Assembly (NCBI GenBank): GCA_030704615.1
Contig: CM060734.1
Coordinates: forward strand, 16,802,001-16,866,000
Length of the DNA: 64,000 nt
DNA from: Takakia lepidozioides
Taxonomy: Eukaryota > Plantae > Bryophyta
Direction: 5' to 3'
A program made the position numbers and the translations under genes. This document shows positions 59,945 to 64,000 of this stretch, piece after piece. Position 1 is the first letter of the stretch, and every line of letters starts with the position of its first letter. Below the pieces are notes generated by a model that had not been told where the DNA came from, did no database searches, and saw nothing but the letters and a program-made list of their open reading frames with translations.

Positions 59945-62900
59945 GGAACGGTTATCATTGGCAGGGAATGACTGTGTGGGAACGACATCTGCAGAGGGAA
60001 CGTGCATTCTTCTTGGATGACAGTTAGTTAGTTAGGCGGTTAGAACAGCTTGCAGATAGATTAGGCAGAGTAGCAACATGGAGAGGGTCACTTCGGAGGT
60101 CACTTCGGAGGTCACTTCTGGCATCACGGCTTGGATCACGGGAGGAGATCAAGCGGAGAGCGCATCTCTGAGCGGAAAGATGGAGAGCACGGAGTAGGAG
60201 GAGAGACGATCTGTTGATGCTTGATGAATGCAAGCTGTAGAGTTGTACTGTAGAGCAGATTAGAGACACCATGGCTTCGGCCTGATACTTGATAGATATT
60301 AATCTGATACACACTTCATACTCACACTGTGTAGAGAGACCTCAGTGAAGCTGTGGAATGAATGGATGAGTGAATGGAACCTGGTAGATTGCTGAAGCAA
60401 TCTGATACCTAATTACAGATAGTAAGGTAACTTGCTAACATAAATGCGAGAAGGAATACAAATAGGAAACACCCCCATGATACACTAGCTGTAGATCATG
60501 ACTGATTGTTCTGAGCGGGCTGAGTGCTTAGAGATTTCCAACTCTTCTATCTTGGAGTTCCCACCTTGGATAGCGAAGGGATGGGTGAGTAAAAGCCGCT
60601 CGACATTTGACGACCATACTGGGGAACTAAATCAAGAACAACCAGATGTGACAGGCATCTGGTGGGATCATGGTGGATGGAGAATTAAAGAATTTGATGT
60701 GAATCAAATTCCCTGTGGAACTAAGGAAGAAAGATTGTCCAAACAATTCTTTCAGAGGTTCTTGGAATTGCCAGACGGTTGCAAAGAAAACATTCTTAAG
60801 AGAGTGCATGATGCAGATCCGGAGTAGGGTCTGGAGAAAGGAGTGATAAAGATTTATCAAGTGGCATGTAGGGGGAGAGCAAGTTGGTTACCAATGCTGG
60901 TTTATGTGATAGCATTGCTATCCATTAAACGAGTAGAGTTTGAAAGTTGGGAGGAATGGAAAGTGAATGTTTACACTCATATGCATGAAAAACTTGTACT
61001 GGTAAAAAATTGGATTCCTAAGGATATCTTGTGGATTAAACTTACACCAAGAACAGCTTTTCAGACGTGCTTGCCATATGGTTATATGGTAACGAAGACT
61101 TCTAGTATAGCCAAGGGTGCATTAAAGCTTGAAAGGAATCCAGGCATATACGAGAGATACTACAGAAGAGAGTTTTGGTTATTGCCTCATTAAAGATATG
61201 AAAGACATGGGACATGAGTGATGAAAGAGAAGCTAGACTCCACAGATATTCAGCAAAAAAGAGAAAGTTATTTGAAAGTTAATTATCCATATCTCTGGGA
61301 GAGAGGAATAGACATAGGAGAATTATCTGGACCTCTCACACTATTAAGACCAGAGAGTACATCACCCATACCGGAAGAACCAGAGTTGGATGCCACTCCC
61401 TCTTATTCTTTACAAGGAAGATTAAGGGATTCGGTACAGGAAGAAGATCAGCCACGAGGGGAAAGATCTGAGGTACATTCTTGGATTAAAGATTTGACAA
61501 AAATCTTTGATCAGAGTTGGCATGGAACACCAAAAGCAGGAACTCCAGTTTCTGAAGCACAAGACAAGAAGGAGAAGATGATGTGGCAGAGCCAACGGAG
61601 AGTTTAGACTCTCCAACACCACTTCAGTTAGTTATATGAGTGAGGAAGAAGAAATCCAAGAGAAGAACTTGGAAGGTGAAAACAGAGAGAAGAATTTGGA
61701 AAATGAAGAGTATGAAGAAGTAGACCCAACAGTTGAGGTTGAGACTACAACCAGGACATCCCAACCTGTTTGACCTGGATCAAAGTGGAGCACTTGGATC
61801 ACACGCCAACAAAGGTGTCGGCTCAGGGGGATCAGGGGGGCAGCTTGGATCTGGCTCTGGGAGGACAGGGAGTGTGGGAAGTAGTGCAACTGTAGCTGGA
61901 GATACTGTAAGTACAGATAGGCCAGTAGCAGGGAGTGCTCAAGGGCCAACACCTGGTGGGAGTTCCACTACTACAATAGCAGGTCCTCAAGGACCAGCAT
62001 CTGTCTGTGGGCAGGGTGTAGGGCCACAGATGGCGGTACCTCCAACACGGGCAAAACCACCTTTTCTAATATATGCAGGAAAAGGGGATCCTGATGTACA
62101 CATCAGCTAATTTGAGTACATGTGTATTGTGAACAATGAGAATGGCAATGATGCCAAGATGATACTGTTTCCTTGTTCACTTATCAAGAAAGCAAGTGAA
62201 TGGTATGCAAGGTTTCCTAATAATAATTTCCTAACCTGGAATGGCCTTAGTACAGCATTCCGAAACAGGTTCAGGACAAGTAAAACTGAGGATGAAGTGT
62301 ATGGGAGTTTACAACAGTTAAGGCAAAAGAAGCATGAAACTGTTGAGGAGTACATGGAAAAGATGGAGTTAATGATGAAAAAGCTGGCTACTGTACCAGC
62401 ACCAGGGTTACAGAAGACCTGGTTTGTGAGTGGACTAAGACCTGAATTACAAAAGAAAGTGGATATGCTACCCCATAATACAGTGGAAGAGGCATTCGAA
62501 ACAACCAATAGAATTGAGCAAATGAGGAATGCTCAGGAGAGATAAAAGGGATGATGAGGACTCTGAAGAAGTCAGATGAGGAAGAAGAGCAAGAAGAAGG
62601 AAAAGTTGAAGAGGGACAACTATGAGAAAAGACTAGAAGAAATCTTGAAAAAGTATGCCACAGAGGATGCAACACATTGGAGAAAGGGTGTTTGGTGTGC
62701 AAAATGCCAGAATGAAGGCCATACCACAGCTGAATGTCACATGAAGGAGAAACACTGTACTATCTGTAAAATGGATAACCATTCTACTGAGAATTGTTAT
62801 TACAACAGAAGGACAGCTGCAAGATAACCTAGGCAAGTGAGGGTGCATCAAGTGCAGCCCCAGCCAAGAAGAAACAATGATCAGGACCACTATGGTAGGC

Positions 62901-64000
62901 CTGGTGGATATAACAATGGTATGGCAGGGAGAGGTAATCCAAGAGGGAATTACCAAGGCAATCCCAGAGGCAACTATCAGGGTAATCCAAGGAGGAATTA
63001 CCAGCCACGGAATCAAGATTATAGAAATAATCCCAGAATAGACCAAGGGCGAGGACCTAATGGAGAAGAACTATGTTACTATTGTAACCAGGCAGGTCAT
63101 CGCAAAGCAGCCTGTCCATTCTGGATCAGACACTAGAATGAGATGAGAGCTCCTGTGAATGAAGGCCCATTAGTGGCAGCTCACATGGTTAGGCCATGTT
63201 TTGTACCAGAAGTAAGTACAATGATAGTTACCAGAAGTAAAGCTAAACTAATACCTCCAGTGGATGAGGAAGAAGATGTTAATGAAGATGGCAGTGATGT
63301 GCCTGAAGATGATGAGGCATGGAGAGATGAGAAGGAACTGCACAAGGATCCTATGGCAGATTCTTCTGACTCTGAAAGAGAAGATGAAGAAGGTGAAGAT
63401 GAAATGAAGCAAGAGGCTTCACAAGTGTAGGATAATGAAGAGACTTTGGCTGAAGTAATATGCCAGTCCAAAGCTGAGATTACCATTGGACAGCTATTGG
63501 CTGTGGCACCTCATTGTAGGCATAGGCTGTATCAAGCAATCAATTAGATTGCTCATGTGACAGAGAACACAGACCTGAACAGCAAGGTGACAAGTTATAA
63601 TGTGAAGCCTGAAGGGCGAGAAACAGTCATGGACTTCGATGATTCTATGCCAGTAATCCAATTGAGAATTGGAAGCACAGACTTGACTGATGTACTGATA
63701 GATGGAGGCTCAGGAGTGAATATTATGACAGACCAATTAAGGCAGAAGCTTGGACTAAGTAACATGAAACCAGCTCCATTCATAGTAACAATGGCAGATC
63801 AAAGGAGTGTACAGCCATTGGGCTTGATAAGAGGAGTAAAGATATAGATTCAGAAGATGATCTTTAAGATCACAGTGACTGTGTTGAAAATGGATGATGT
63901 CATGGAAGCTTACTCCTTACTACTGGGTCGGCCGTGGCTGAAACAGGCCCGGGTATTCCATGACTGGAATTCCCAGTTACTGACTGTGCATGATAGGAAG
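59945..64000 (+). mobile_element. Tat/Ogre-like LTR retrotransposon (copy B): leader, extra ORF, gag and protease; runs off the window
   Basis: Extra ORF 60498-61193 (one stop); gag YAGKGDPDVH..LRQKKHETVEEY..FVSGLR; knuckles CAKC..H..C, CTIC..H..C, CYYC..H..C; protease VLIDGGSGVNI..LLGRPWL. Confidence 0.85.
62932..63005 (+). repeat. 24-bp coding repeat (GNPRGNYQ x3) in gag
   Basis: Visible in both DNA and translation. Confidence 0.85.

Overview
Repeat-dense eukaryotic nuclear DNA, most likely from a non-seed land plant (inferred from PLS-class PPR fragments, GT-AG introns, iMet primer-binding sites and plant TE families). Almost all of it is nested, decayed transposons: a GCM/SWIM Mutator-like transposase, a hAT transposase between palindrome arrays, split CACTA pieces, two copies of a chromovirus Ty3/gypsy family (one with both LTRs and a TSD), two copies of a Tat/Ogre-like LTR family with an extra 231-aa ORF, RTEX-like LINEs associated with (GA)n/(TC)n, and a Crypton/DUF3504-like recombinase relic. 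Host-gene fragments (PPR, SEC13, mitochondrial EF-Tu, UMP kinase) are scattered through it. The only apparently intact host gene is a WI12/WUN1 NTF2-like gene with no in-frame AUG at its start. The most striking feature is a Ty3/gypsy retrotransposon with a DNMT3-like C5 cytosine methyltransferase directly after its protease (about 45420-46345). A matching RT-RNaseH-integrase ending in a PHD finger lies beside it in inverted orientation, suggesting a retroelement that carried both a DNA-methylation writer and a histone reader. All assignments are by eye from motifs; no database search was run and boundaries are approximate unless termini are quoted.
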